A stretch of 64,000 nt of DNA from Bythopirellula sp. (GTDB lineage: Bacteria; Planctomycetota; Planctomycetia; Pirellulales; Lacipirellulaceae), in contig OZ244170.1 of assembly GCA_965216565.1 (NCBI GenBank), positions 4,576,001 to 4,640,000 on the forward strand, in the 5' to 3' direction. Below the pieces are notes generated by a model. The model did not search any database. It saw nothing but the letters and a program-made list of their open reading frames with translations, and was not told the origin of the DNA. A program made the position numbers and the translations under genes. Shown here one piece after another: positions 1-10,164 of the stretch (position 1 is the stretch's first letter; the number at the start of each line of letters is the position of its first letter).

Positions 1-5
1 CTTGA

Positions 6-1043
6 CTAGCGGGCAACTGACTGGACGCGATCGATCAGGGTGCGGACGATGTCGTCTGTTTCTAGCCCCGCAGCTTCCGCATTGAATGTAGGGATGATGC
101 GATGACGTAGCACGGGTAACGCCACTTCGTAGACGTCTTCGGTCGTAACGTGGCATCGCTTGTGCAGCAGTGCACGTGCTTTGCCTGCAAGAAGGAGCGC
201 GATACTGGCTCGGGGGCCAGCGCCATACTGCACCTTGTCGGCTAGATCACCCGGGAGTTGGTTTTCTTCCGGCCGAGTCATTCGTGCCAAGTCGATCGCA
301 GCATCGTAGACGTGATCGGCCACGACTACCTGCGGTACGAGTGATTGCATTTGCATGAGGGTTGAAACTTCGATCACCTTGGATACCTGATGTTCGTAGG
401 CAGTCGTTTGGCGACGGCAAATTTCTCGCTCGTCCTCGCGGTCGGGGTATTCGACCTTGATTTTCATCAAAAACCGGTCCAACTGCGCTTCGGGCAGCGG
501 ATAGGTGCCTTCTACTTCGATTGGGTTTTGAGTTGCGAGCACAAAGAATGGTTCAGGCAACTTGTAGGTCTTACCGCCCACCGAAAGCTGGCGTTCTTCC
601 ATGGCTTCAAGCAGTGAACTTTGCGTTTTGGGGGGTGTCCGATTAATTTCGTCCGCCAAAATCAGATTGGCAAACAAGGGGCCATGAATAAATCGGAAGA
701 CGCGTTTGCCGGTGGTGTGGTCTTCTTCCAGCACGTCGCTTCCTGTAATATCTCCAGGCATCAGATCGGGCGTGAACTGGATGCGATTGAATGTTAGGTC
801 CATCAGCGAACCTAGCTGCGAAATCAACAGCGTTTTCGCCAGGCCGGGCATACCCTGTAGCATGCAATGCCCACGGCAAAGAATGCCAATCATTAGTTGC
901 TCGGTCACGTCTTCCATGCCGACAATCGTGCCTGCCAGCTCTTCGCGAAGCTTTTGATAATTGGCGTAAAGTCCATCGACTGCCTCAGTGACTTCCTGAG
1001 TGCTGGACGAGGGCGTAAGCACCTGTTGGTGATTATCTGACAT
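6..1043 (-). CDS. MoxR-family AAA+ ATPase
   Basis: Walker A GMPGLAKT, RIQFTPDLMPGD, Walker B ILADEINR, ATQNPIE and YPLPEAQLDRF motifs typical of MoxR/RavA. Confidence 0.95.
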   Translation of the reverse strand: MSDNHQQVLTPSSSTQEVTEAVDGLYANYQKLREELAGTIVGMEDVTEQLMIGILCRGHCMLQGMPGLAKTLLISQLGSLMDLTFNRIQFTPDLMPGDITGSDVLEEDHTTGKRVFRFIHGPLFANLILADEINRTPPKTQSSLLEAMEERQLSVGGKTYKLPEPFFVLATQNPIEVEGTYPLPEAQLDRFLMKIKVEYPDREDEREICRRQTTAYEHQVSKVIEVSTLMQMQSLVPQVVVADHVYDAAIDLARMTRPEENQLPGDLADKVQYGAGPRASIALLLAGKARALLHKRCHVTTEDVYEVALPVLRHRIIPTFNAEAAGLETDDIVRTLIDRVQSVAR

Positions 1044-1168
1044 GCGAATCTCTCTAGTCTGTTACGATGTTGAAAGTTTGGACGGGCTGCTCAAAGTTGA
1101 TTCAGTACGGTGCGTAATTTGTTTAATAATCGCAAGTTCACTCTCTATTCGCCGTTCTTATTTTATTC

Positions 1169-2974
1169 TTATTCGTTGGCTGCCGACGATTCTTGGATCT
1201 CTGTTCCACTTATTATGCCGTTTCCATCTAGGTCGTAGGCGGCAAACTGCTGCGGAGATCCAGGGAATTCTCGCCGCGAAAGCTCGCCGTCTCGGTTGCG
1301 GTCCATATTCTTAAACCAGTCTGGTACCTCGGCTACCTCCTGAGCGGGTAATTGTGCCGCAGCAGCGCGTTTCTCAAATAGCTCGTGTGCAAAGGGGCCG
1401 TTGCTAACGGTGAGCCGAACAGCGGTGGGAAGCTCGCTCTGGCCAATGCTGCCATCGTGGTTGATATCGAGTCGTTCCAGCAAAGCATCAAGTTTTCGTG
1501 CTTCCGGAAGGGTGACACGGTCGTCGCCATTCGTATCGAGCAATCGCAAGAGTGGGTAGCCGTCAATCGCAGCACCGATCGCTATTTGCGGGCTGGAGAT
1601 CTCTTCGGAGTTGGGGGCTTCGTAGGCGGCGGAGAGCTCAAAGTACATGCCGCCCATGTTTACCGTCACGATTTCATTATTTGCTTCGAAGGTCGGGGCG
1701 GGTCCGTTTCCAGAGGAACTGTAGGAAAGCACGCCGACCTTGCCTTCTTTTTCTAACGAAACAATGTATCGCAACTCTGGCGCCTGACTGAGTAGCTTGG
1801 AGAGTTGGTCAGGGTTTGTGGACAGAGGGTTCTCGCCATACGCGTCCTCCAGATCGTCCGACAAGACATTCCAATCGGTCTCTTCATCGAGCACTACGAC
1901 GAGTGGATGAGCATGTGTTCGGACGTAAGGGGATCTCATGGAAGAAGAGCGATAAAACTCGACGACATCAACAATGTCGTCTTCGTTGATGTCCGCTTGG
2001 GCAAGACGTTGCCGGGCATTGGCGATTTCAGCAGGGCTCAGGCGATGGTCGTAGTCTTCGTCTAACCACGACCACAGCGGAGCAATCTCGGCACGTTCCC
2101 AAGCGGCTCCTGGGCCCAGGACCAACAACCCTGGACCGCCTGCCCAATCGGCAATAAGCCAACGAATCTCCTCGGCGTCGACATCATCCCCCATGGCAGC
2201 GACGTAGTTCTTCAGCCGCTTGATGACAGACGGCGCGGTTCGCCGCTGAATGTCGACACCCGTGATGGCTTCGGCTGCTTCCATCATTTCCTCTGCCGAT
2301 TCTGCAACTTGTTCGATTGCGTCGCTCGCCTTGGCAATGGCCTCTCTCACGTTGTCCCCGGCGGGACTCTTCAGAGGTTTGTCAATTGCAGTTGCGTTTG
2401 AGCTTTGTTCCTCAGACGATACTGCAGTGCTGGCGGTTCCCTCAGGGGGTTCTTTTTTTTCGGACAGCTTAGATTCGGCCTTTTCCGTCTGAGCTGCGGG
2501 CTCCGAAGATTCCCCTGGGGCGGAATAGTTTCCTTTTGCCTGAGAAAGCAATAGCTCTACCCAGCGCTGGCGGACTTCGCGGAATGATTTGCTATCTACC
2601 AACACAGCCAACTCAACGACAACGGGGCGCTCAGGCGTGAGCATTAAGCACCGGACCCAAGGGTCCTTGAGGCTCGAATGTGTATGGATTTGCCATTCTC
2701 CGTTGCGACTCCGCGCATAGTTCTCCAATGGATCGTCTGGCAGTTCCGTGCTCATTCGAAATACAACTTGCTCAGGCATTGCCGCGGGGGCCGGCTTGGG
2801 CGGTTTTGTTTGCACGCGACACTCAGCCAGTACCGACTGCGCAGCGATCTCGTCGATTGACATCCGCTTCCCGGGGATCGCTTCGGAAGTGATCGTTTCG
2901 GCGGGCGAAATCGCGCAGCAATAGCCAAGCATTATCGCGATTAAGACAGGGAGTATTGAGATCGATCGTCTCAT
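1169..2974 (-). CDS. Secreted EF-hand repeat protein
   Basis: N-terminal signal-like hydrophobic stretch; several DxNxDGx EF-hand loops (DTNGDDRV, DINHDGSI, DRNRDGEL, DLDGNGII). Confidence 0.75.
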   Translation of the reverse strand: MRRSISILPVLIAIMLGYCCAISPAETITSEAIPGKRMSIDEIAAQSVLAECRVQTKPPKPAPAAMPEQVVFRMSTELPDDPLENYARSRNGEWQIHTHSSLKDPWVRCLMLTPERPVVVELAVLVDSKSFREVRQRWVELLLSQAKGNYSAPGESSEPAAQTEKAESKLSEKKEPPEGTASTAVSSEEQSSNATAIDKPLKSPAGDNVREAIAKASDAIEQVAESAEEMMEAAEAITGVDIQRRTAPSVIKRLKNYVAAMGDDVDAEEIRWLIADWAGGPGLLVLGPGAAWERAEIAPLWSWLDEDYDHRLSPAEIANARQRLAQADINEDDIVDVVEFYRSSSMRSPYVRTHAHPLVVVLDEETDWNVLSDDLEDAYGENPLSTNPDQLSKLLSQAPELRYIVSLEKEGKVGVLSYSSSGNGPAPTFEANNEIVTVNMGGMYFELSAAYEAPNSEEISSPQIAIGAAIDGYPLLRLLDTNGDDRVTLPEARKLDALLERLDINHDGSIGQSELPTAVRLTVSNGPFAHELFEKRAAAAQLPAQEVAEVPDWFKNMDRNRDGELSRREFPGSPQQFAAYDLDGNGIISGTEIQESSAANE

Positions 2975-2990
2975 CTTGTTAGTTAATCAC

Positions 2991-4331
2991 CTATGCCAGA
3001 AGCTTCTTAATGGGCGAGTCGTCCACAACATAAATGGGGCGTCCGGCATCGGACATGTTTTGGGTTTCGGGTGGTACCCCGAGCGCAGAGCACAATGTGG
3101 CCAGCACCTGAGTGACCGAAGATTGGTCCTCTTCCACCACCATGCCATCCTCACTGGTGCGGCCGTAAGATTGACCGCCGGCGATACCCCCACCGCCCAG
3201 CACACACGACCAGGCTTGAGGGAAATGATCGCGACCTGCAGCACCATTGATTTGAGGTGTGCGTCCAAACTCTCCCATCCAAACGATCGTCGTTGAATCC
3301 AAGAGACCACGATCGCGGAGGTCGGTCATCAACGTCGCCCAGCCTGCATCGAGTTCCCCCGACAATGCCTGAACGGATTGAAAGTTATTAGCATGAGTGT
3401 CCCAACCTAGCCCGGCTCCATTAGCCGAGTTGAGCGCCACCTCGACGAAGGGTACGCCTCGCTCCACGAGTCTCCGGGCCAGCAAACAACCTTGCCCAAA
3501 GGTGCCCTTGCCGTAGGCTTCGCGTAGCTCGTTGGGTTCTTGAGACAGATCAAAGGCTGCCGCCGCATCGCTGTTAGTCATTTGGACCGTGTTGTCGTAG
3601 ACCATCTCGTGGGCGCGCGTTGCTGCATGAGGATGATGTTCTAGAAATCCACTTTCCAGCGTCTTCCACAACTCCAGGCGTTTACCCATCCGTTTAGTAG
3701 AAATTCCTGGAGGCGGCGTCATGGCATCCACATGTAGCTTGGCATAGCTCGCCTCGTCGTTCTCTCCTGCCAGCGCTCCGCCAGCGCCCGCCACTACCAA
3801 CGGGGCGTACTTGGGGCCGAGGAAGCCCGAACCAAAACCGGCGTTGGCGAATCCTCGGAACGGAGCGACGCTCACGTAAGGTGGCAAAGTGACATCACCC
3901 GAGGCCAGATGCTTGGCAAGTGCAGACGCAACGGAAGGATAACGCGTACTACCCATGGGGCGGTAGCCGGTGCGCATTAAGTGCGAACCGCGTTCGTGAT
4001 CGCCTTCTTTCGTCTTGAGGCCGCGAATTATTGCCAACTGATCGGCGAGCTTGCCCAACTTGGGGAGATGCTCGCTGAATCGGATTCCCGGCACGTTCGT
4101 CGCAACTTCCTTAAACTCGCCACCATTCTCGTGATTTGGCTTCATGTCGAACGTATCGGTCTGGCTAGGCCCGCCACCCATCCAAAGCAAAATACAATGT
4201 CGGGTCCGACGTGGGTCGGTTGCCACACGCTCCGCGAGGGACGGTAGCCAACCGCTCATGCTCATTCCACAAAGGCCGATACCTGCGGATTGCAGCCAGC
4301 GACGTCGATCGAGTGCGTTGAGTGAAGCCAT
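2991..4331 (-). CDS. DUF1501 family protein (planctomycete), Tat-like leader
   Basis: LWMGGGPSQTDTFD, CLLARRLVERGV, GWDTH, MGEFGRTP and GRDH motifs; start set at the ATG of MASLNALDRRRWL, which has a GGAG RBS. Confidence 0.9.
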   Translation of the reverse strand: MASLNALDRRRWLQSAGIGLCGMSMSGWLPSLAERVATDPRRTRHCILLWMGGGPSQTDTFDMKPNHENGGEFKEVATNVPGIRFSEHLPKLGKLADQLAIIRGLKTKEGDHERGSHLMRTGYRPMGSTRYPSVASALAKHLASGDVTLPPYVSVAPFRGFANAGFGSGFLGPKYAPLVVAGAGGALAGENDEASYAKLHVDAMTPPPGISTKRMGKRLELWKTLESGFLEHHPHAATRAHEMVYDNTVQMTNSDAAAAFDLSQEPNELREAYGKGTFGQGCLLARRLVERGVPFVEVALNSANGAGLGWDTHANNFQSVQALSGELDAGWATLMTDLRDRGLLDSTTIVWMGEFGRTPQINGAAGRDHFPQAWSCVLGGGGIAGGQSYGRTSEDGMVVEEDQSSVTQVLATLCSALGVPPETQNMSDAGRPIYVVDDSPIKKLLA

Positions 4332-4378
4332 CGGGTTATCTCCAATAGGGAAAGCCGTCGGACACGGCTTGCGCGTAC

Positions 4379-7162
4379 TTAATGAATGAATGTGAATTCG
4401 GCACTGTTGAGCAGCGCCCACAATATATCGCCCAGTGCCTCGTTACGTTCTGAGTCGTTTACAGCGGACAGGTAGGCCAGCATATCAGTTCTTTCCTGGT
4501 CATTCGGCTGGCGCGACAATGTGGCGAGGAACAAGGTCTCTAGCCGCTGCTCGTCGCTGAAAAACGGAGCCTGCAACGACCCGAGCAAGCCGCTTGTGGA
4601 GAGGTCGGTCGCACCATGAATCATCTGGCCATTCATGAGCGTGAGAGCCTGAGGAATGCCCGCCTCGTAATTGGTGCGTTCCCCGGGTGGAGCCCGGAAC
4701 TGCTCGATAAATTCTTCGCGTGTCGTATTAGAAATACGCGACAAAGTTCCACCGCCTTCGTCCTGCGAAATCATTGCCCGGTGTTGCGTGGCCACGGCTA
4801 TGCAATCGTAAAGTTGGGCAGCGGTGAAGGTTTTCATGTTCATGCGAGCAAAATTCAAGGACTGAGCTGGGTCGTCAACGTCGGCTCGGCTCGAAAGCTG
4901 ATAAGCATCCGTGAGAACGAGTGCTCGGAATAGTCGACGCAGATCGAATCCGCTGGCAGCAAAATCGCGGCTGAGCAATTCCAGCAATTCGGGACTAATC
5001 GGTGGATTATCGGGCCGCATGTCATCGACTGGATTCACTAGGCCGCGTCCGAACAGATGCTCCCACACACGGTTAACTGTGGCTCGTGCGAACCGTTGAT
5101 TGCCCGACGCGGTGAGCCAATCGACCAATTGCTGGCGTCGCGACGAGTCCTCTGCGGGTTCGGCCAAGTCTGTCTTTCCGCCCGGCAACCGAGGTTTAAT
5201 CACTTCGTCGGTATCGGGCAGTGTGACTTCACCGGAGTGAATGTCATGCACTCGCAGCACGGGCGAAGCCATCTCCAACTTGCCCAGGGGGCGGGAGATT
5301 TGTGCAAAGAAAGCCGCTAGTCCCCAGAATTCTTCCTGAGTAATGTCGTCGAAGAAATGATCGTGGCACTGGGCGCATTCCATGCGTGTACCTAGGAACA
5401 CTCGCGCCGTTTTGCCGGCGATTTCTTCGGGATTGAGCTTCAATGCGGCATAGAACAGTATCGGCCCCGACTCGCTCACACGACCCTCAGCCATCAGCAG
5501 TTCGCCCACTAACTGATCGTAGGGGATATTGTCGGCGAAGCGCTCAGCAAGCCATTGGTCGAATGTCGCGGTCCCACCTAACGCATTGACGTCCATGCCT
5601 TCCGGCAGCAACATATTCCGCCAGACGGCAGCCAAATGCGTGGCATGATCACGCCGATTGAGTAATTCGTCGACCAACTCTTCGCGCCGCGCGGGCGATT
5701 TGTTCTCCGAGAACTCGTAGACTTCGCTCACCATCGGAATGCGCCCGGTGAGATCGAGATAAACGCGACGCAGAAATTCATCGTCCGATGCCTGATCAGT
5801 GGGATGTACAGATTGGCTCGCCCAAAACTTGGCCATCACGTCATTGACTCGACTTACCAAGTCTTCAATCGGCAAGGCGGGCTGAAGATCGAAAGAATCT
5901 ATCGCAGGATCTGCCGGCAAAGAGGCGACAAGCGTTTTGCGCTCGCTTTCGATCCCCTGTTGCTCCATAAGTTGTTCTGCTTTGTCAGCAGATTGCTCGG
6001 CTTCTTCGGTTGTGTTCTTTTTCGGAACTGGGGCTTTGGCGATATGGTCGATGATCTTTGTGTTCTCGGTAACACCCGGAGGAGCGAGGCGTTTGAGTGA
6101 TGCAATCGATTCGCTCGCGTCACTATTCTTGGGTCCGCGATCTAATGAGGCCAGCGAAGAGACCACCGCCGTGCCCGCGGGAATGCCCATCGAAAAGATC
6201 GATTCCGGACCTTCTTCAGGATACGAGAAATCGTAATGCACAGGCTTGGCTTCATCCGACGCTAGCACACGGCATTGCAGAGGGAGTTTCGTCTTGGGGT
6301 CGATCAGAAATTCCAAATCAAGTTGCCGATCGAAGTTAGCCAGCTCCAGCGTAACCTGCAACTCGACCAATTCGCCGTGTTCATTGTCGGCAGGGATTGT
6401 TCGCCACGATTCAGAGATCACCTTGGCAGACATTAGGGACTCGAGACCGGCCGGTTCTGGGAGTTCAAACTGTTCTGCCAAAATTCCAATTAATAGCGAT
6501 TGCCAATCCCAGGGGGCAGTCCCGTCTGTGTCCTGGCGTATGACCACTGAATTGTCGGGCTCGAAATTAGAGAATTGCTGACGTTCCAAGTCGTGAAACG
6601 ACGTGCGATCTGAGGACTGAACAGCCCAAACGCCCCGGCGAGAAGAGACCCATCCGTTAGAGGACTTCTCGCCACCAGTAATCACGGCCTGTACCCACTC
6701 GCAATCCTCCAAGGCTTCGAGCATGGCCGCCCAACCATAGGCGGGTCGATTGTTCAAGAACGTTACAGCCAACAAGAGTGCTGCCGCAGCGGATAAAGTC
6801 ATGGCCCACTTGATGAACTTCGAACTGCGTGCAGGACTAGTGGGCTGATCTCCGTCCACGCTGTCGCCTGAAACCGTGCTGCCAAAGTTCAGATCGGATG
6901 CCAGCTGGACAGAACCGTTGGTATCGCTGGGAGGACTCAGGGCACCGTTCAATGGTAAAGCAGTCTCATGACCAGTGCTGGCCTTGGCAAACTCTTCATC
7001 GAGGCGCTGCTCGAGAGATTTAACAAATCCTGGACGAGGCGGAGGGACGGAGAGCGCCGACTCCAAAAACTGCTCTACCTGAGCGTCCTCGCGAGCAAGT
7101 TCGTCGCGACCGAAATTTTCGCGCTCTGGCAGCTCTTCGAAATTGTCGTGTTCGGTAACCAT
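4379..7162 (-). CDS. DUF1549/DUF1553 protein with N-terminal anti-sigma-like TM region
   Basis: FLRRVYLDLTGRIP, CAQCHDH, VNRVWEHLFGRGLV, QALTLMNG and WALLNSAEF motifs; single TM segment near residue 120. Confidence 0.9.
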   Translation of the reverse strand: MVTEHDNFEELPERENFGRDELAREDAQVEQFLESALSVPPPRPGFVKSLEQRLDEEFAKASTGHETALPLNGALSPPSDTNGSVQLASDLNFGSTVSGDSVDGDQPTSPARSSKFIKWAMTLSAAAALLLAVTFLNNRPAYGWAAMLEALEDCEWVQAVITGGEKSSNGWVSSRRGVWAVQSSDRTSFHDLERQQFSNFEPDNSVVIRQDTDGTAPWDWQSLLIGILAEQFELPEPAGLESLMSAKVISESWRTIPADNEHGELVELQVTLELANFDRQLDLEFLIDPKTKLPLQCRVLASDEAKPVHYDFSYPEEGPESIFSMGIPAGTAVVSSLASLDRGPKNSDASESIASLKRLAPPGVTENTKIIDHIAKAPVPKKNTTEEAEQSADKAEQLMEQQGIESERKTLVASLPADPAIDSFDLQPALPIEDLVSRVNDVMAKFWASQSVHPTDQASDDEFLRRVYLDLTGRIPMVSEVYEFSENKSPARREELVDELLNRRDHATHLAAVWRNMLLPEGMDVNALGGTATFDQWLAERFADNIPYDQLVGELLMAEGRVSESGPILFYAALKLNPEEIAGKTARVFLGTRMECAQCHDHFFDDITQEEFWGLAAFFAQISRPLGKLEMASPVLRVHDIHSGEVTLPDTDEVIKPRLPGGKTDLAEPAEDSSRRQQLVDWLTASGNQRFARATVNRVWEHLFGRGLVNPVDDMRPDNPPISPELLELLSRDFAASGFDLRRLFRALVLTDAYQLSSRADVDDPAQSLNFARMNMKTFTAAQLYDCIAVATQHRAMISQDEGGGTLSRISNTTREEFIEQFRAPPGERTNYEAGIPQALTLMNGQMIHGATDLSTSGLLGSLQAPFFSDEQRLETLFLATLSRQPNDQERTDMLAYLSAVNDSERNEALGDILWALLNSAEFTFIH

Positions 7163-7196
7163 CAGGACACCATCAATTCATTTGATAAATGTAGAA

Positions 7197-7784
7197 TCAT
7201 TCGATACTCGTCTCTTGTCGAGGTTTGCTCAGCGAATCGTCGACGAAGGGAAACTTTTTGCGGAATTCTCGCCGCGCGCGAAACAATGTTGCCTCAACGG
7301 CCTTCTCTGTCTCGCCCAATCGTTTGGCAATCTCTCGTACCCGTAGCCCTTCGCCGTACTTCCATTCCAAGGCCAATCGTTGACGCTCGGACATTTCATC
7401 TAAGACTTGATGCACTTGCCCGCGAGTTTCTTCGGTTTCCAAATCGTGAGAGGGACACTGGTCGTCTTCTTTGCTCTGGTTGTTGGCAGCGACTTCCTCT
7501 AGCCGTTCGCGGAGTCGGTAGCTTTGCCGGTGATGGTCTGCAATCTTGTGTCGTACGACAGATCGTAACCACGCAGAAATTCTTGAGGCATCGCCTTCCA
7601 ATGAGCCGATGCCTTTGAGGAGAGCGAGCATAGTTTCTGAGACGATGTCTTCGACTAGCTGGACGCCTTCGATCTTGGTGCTCGCATAGCGCCAGACAAG
7701 CGGGAAGTAACGCCGGTAGAGCGTCTGCCACGCTTCCGAGTCACCGCATTTTGCGCGTTGCACTAGGTCGCAATCGGAATCCAA
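7197..7784 (-). CDS. ECF RNA polymerase sigma factor
   Basis: Region 2 (EDIVSETML, AWLRSVVRHK) and region 4 (GLRVREIAKRLGETEKAVEATLFRAR). Confidence 0.92.
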   Translation of the reverse strand: MDSDCDLVQRAKCGDSEAWQTLYRRYFPLVWRYASTKIEGVQLVEDIVSETMLALLKGIGSLEGDASRISAWLRSVVRHKIADHHRQSYRLRERLEEVAANNQSKEDDQCPSHDLETEETRGQVHQVLDEMSERQRLALEWKYGEGLRVREIAKRLGETEKAVEATLFRARREFRKKFPFVDDSLSKPRQETSIE

Positions 7785-8027
7785 AATTGACGTCTCCTGG
7801 CAGCAAGATAGAGCTTTGGGTATGCTGCGCCTCAGGTGATCTATATCCGTTATCTCAGGTTAGTCGTTCTAGGTGCAGGAATCACGCCAAAAAACGAGTT
7901 GAGATTCCTAGATTGCCGAAATCACACAGCTTTTTCTTTATAAAGGGTCTCTTTGGGCAAGTAGGCAAAGCTTCCCTGACACTTTGCCGAGACTATCCAG
8001 AGAACCAGGGTCGAAATAGCGCTGATC

Positions 8028-9161
8028 ATGTGCGACTCCCTTTCTGAACGAGCTGCTTACTTGCACGTGCCGTTTTGCAAACACCATTGCGGCTACTGCA
8101 ATTTTTCCGTCATCGCTGGGCGGGACGATCTGTTGGGCTCGTTTATGACAGCGCTCGCGACCGAGTTGTCTTGGCTAGGTCAGCCTCGCGAGGTAGACAC
8201 GCTTTACTTTGGCGGCGGAACCCCCACGCATCTACCCGTGGAAGAACTTCAGGAGCTATGCGAACTAGCAACACATTGGCACCCCTTGGCAGACGGTTAT
8301 GAATGGACAGTCGAAGCGAATCCGGGTGACCTCGATAGCGAACGCGTCGATGTCTTGGCCCAGCAAGGCGTCAACCGAATTAGCCTCGGCGCGCAGTCCT
8401 TTCAAGATGCAAAGCTTCGTTTACTGGAGAGGGACCATGTGGCGGACGACATTGCTCATACCGTTGAGTTAGTCACCCAAGCGGGAATGCAGGTGTCGAT
8501 CGATCTCATCTTTGCCGTGCCTGGAGAAACCAGCGCCGACTGGCACGAAGACCTTCGGCAAGCCCTGGCGCTATCTCCCGATCATGTCTCCACCTATGGC
8601 CTAACGTTCGAAAAAGGAACGCCATTTTATAGTCGGCTCCTCAAGTCAGAGTTAACTTCTGTCCCAGAAGAGCTGGAGCGTGAGATGTATCTTAGCGCGA
8701 TCGATCAACTGACTGCCTCAGGATTCGAGCACTACGAGGTATCGAACTTTGCGAAGCCTGGCTGCCGAAGCCGGCATAACCAAGTCTATTGGTCCGGTGC
8801 AGGATACTATGCGGCCGGTCCAGGGGCGGCCCGGTATGTGGACGGGCGACGGGAAACCAATCACCGCAGCACCACGACCTATCTAAAACGTGTTTTGGCC
8901 GGTGAGTCTCCCGTAGCCGAGAGTGAGCGGTTGGAACCTGCTCAAAAGGCGCGCGAGTTCTTGATCTTTTCGTTACGCCGACTAGAGGGAATCGATCGCA
9001 AGACGTTCCTGGCAAAAACCGGTTACGAGCTCAATGCCTTGGTTGCCGAGACGCTCAGTCGCTTCGTCGCAGAAGGATTGTTGGCCGATGATGGCGACAC
9101 CGTGCGTCTAACGCGCCAGGGGCTTTTGGTAAGCGACTGTCTGTGGCCAGAATTGGTTTGA
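8028..9161 (+). CDS. hemW: Radical SAM heme chaperone HemW (HemN-like)
   Basis: YLHVPFCKHHCGYCNF, YFGGGTPT, YEVSNFA and HNQVYW motifs. Confidence 0.9.
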   Translation: MCDSLSERAAYLHVPFCKHHCGYCNFSVIAGRDDLLGSFMTALATELSWLGQPREVDTLYFGGGTPTHLPVEELQELCELATHWHPLADGYEWTVEANPGDLDSERVDVLAQQGVNRISLGAQSFQDAKLRLLERDHVADDIAHTVELVTQAGMQVSIDLIFAVPGETSADWHEDLRQALALSPDHVSTYGLTFEKGTPFYSRLLKSELTSVPEELEREMYLSAIDQLTASGFEHYEVSNFAKPGCRSRHNQVYWSGAGYYAAGPGAARYVDGRRETNHRSTTTYLKRVLAGESPVAESERLEPAQKAREFLIFSLRRLEGIDRKTFLAKTGYELNALVAETLSRFVAEGLLADDGDTVRLTRQGLLVSDCLWPELV

Positions 9162-9223
9162 GACGAGAGCCGAGAGTTAAGAGCTTCAGGCATGCGATCG
9201 CCTTAGTCCCTCGACTTCTAATC

Positions 9224-9793
9224 TTACATCGGTGCGCGAGGCAATTTGCGCTCGTAGGGCGGATCATCGATCGGTGGCAAGTAGCCGCCCGTTTCTTCCT
9301 GCCAGGCGGTCCGCTCTTCGTTGCTGGCGTAGTACCGCAGCCACATATCGGGATCGCCTTCTACATTGGCACAATCCCAGTGGAGATAGTTATTGCGACG
9401 TTGGATCATCTTCTCGTGCGTAGGCAGAATATCGCGATAGATTAAACCATAAAGTTGTCGATCGGAGAGATGATCGGTGAAATCCAGAACGATGTGCTTC
9501 TCGTACAATTGCCCAATGGTTTGATGGAGCAGATCGTGGAGTTGCGAGTCATCTAGCGAATCTGGTGCTGGCAGTTCCAGTGAAGGAGAGAACCATTCGC
9601 GGATTGGCACGATCGGGGCGCGTTCCCATTCCAGCATCGATTGCAGGAAATCGTTCTCGCAGGATGTCGACATTACTTCGGCATTTACCCGGCCAATAGA
9701 TTCATCGAACAAAGGCTCCAAGGCGTTGCGTAGCTCAGCATTGAGGAGCAAGCTTTCCACTTCGTCCGATCTAGGAGTGTCTGGTGATTTCAT
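9224..9793 (-). CDS. Hypothetical protein
   Basis: 189-aa ORF with ATG and ordinary composition; no family recognised. Confidence 0.7.
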   Translation of the reverse strand: MKSPDTPRSDEVESLLLNAELRNALEPLFDESIGRVNAEVMSTSCENDFLQSMLEWERAPIVPIREWFSPSLELPAPDSLDDSQLHDLLHQTIGQLYEKHIVLDFTDHLSDRQLYGLIYRDILPTHEKMIQRRNNYLHWDCANVEGDPDMWLRYYASNEERTAWQEETGGYLPPIDDPPYERKLPRAPM

Positions 9794-10164
9794 ATTCAGT
9801 TGCGATTCAAAAGGGGAGTGACTTTCAAGAGTGTATTCGACTATTCCACATTACCTGTGAGCCGAGAAATATCACGCTCGGCACGATGACGTTGAATCAC
9901 GTTCATACGTTCGACTTTATCAAGGAGGTTCGAGGCAATAAACAGTTTTGAGGCTAGATTAGAGGGAGTTTGGGAAATTACCGATTCACGATCGTTACGA
10001 CCCGCAAGGTTCACCCAAACTACGTCGATACAGCTAGTATTGCCGCTAGGGTGGACCACACGTGCTATCGGTTTTTGACTTGCCGCTGGGCTGATCTAGG
10101 CTTGAGAAGCGAGTCTCTCTGTGTTCGCTTCTTCCCCATTCCCTCTGCTCTGCGAGATTCTCCT

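Noticed and set aside
6968..7618. 216-aa plus-strand ORF
   Set aside because: Antisense shadow of the ECF sigma gene
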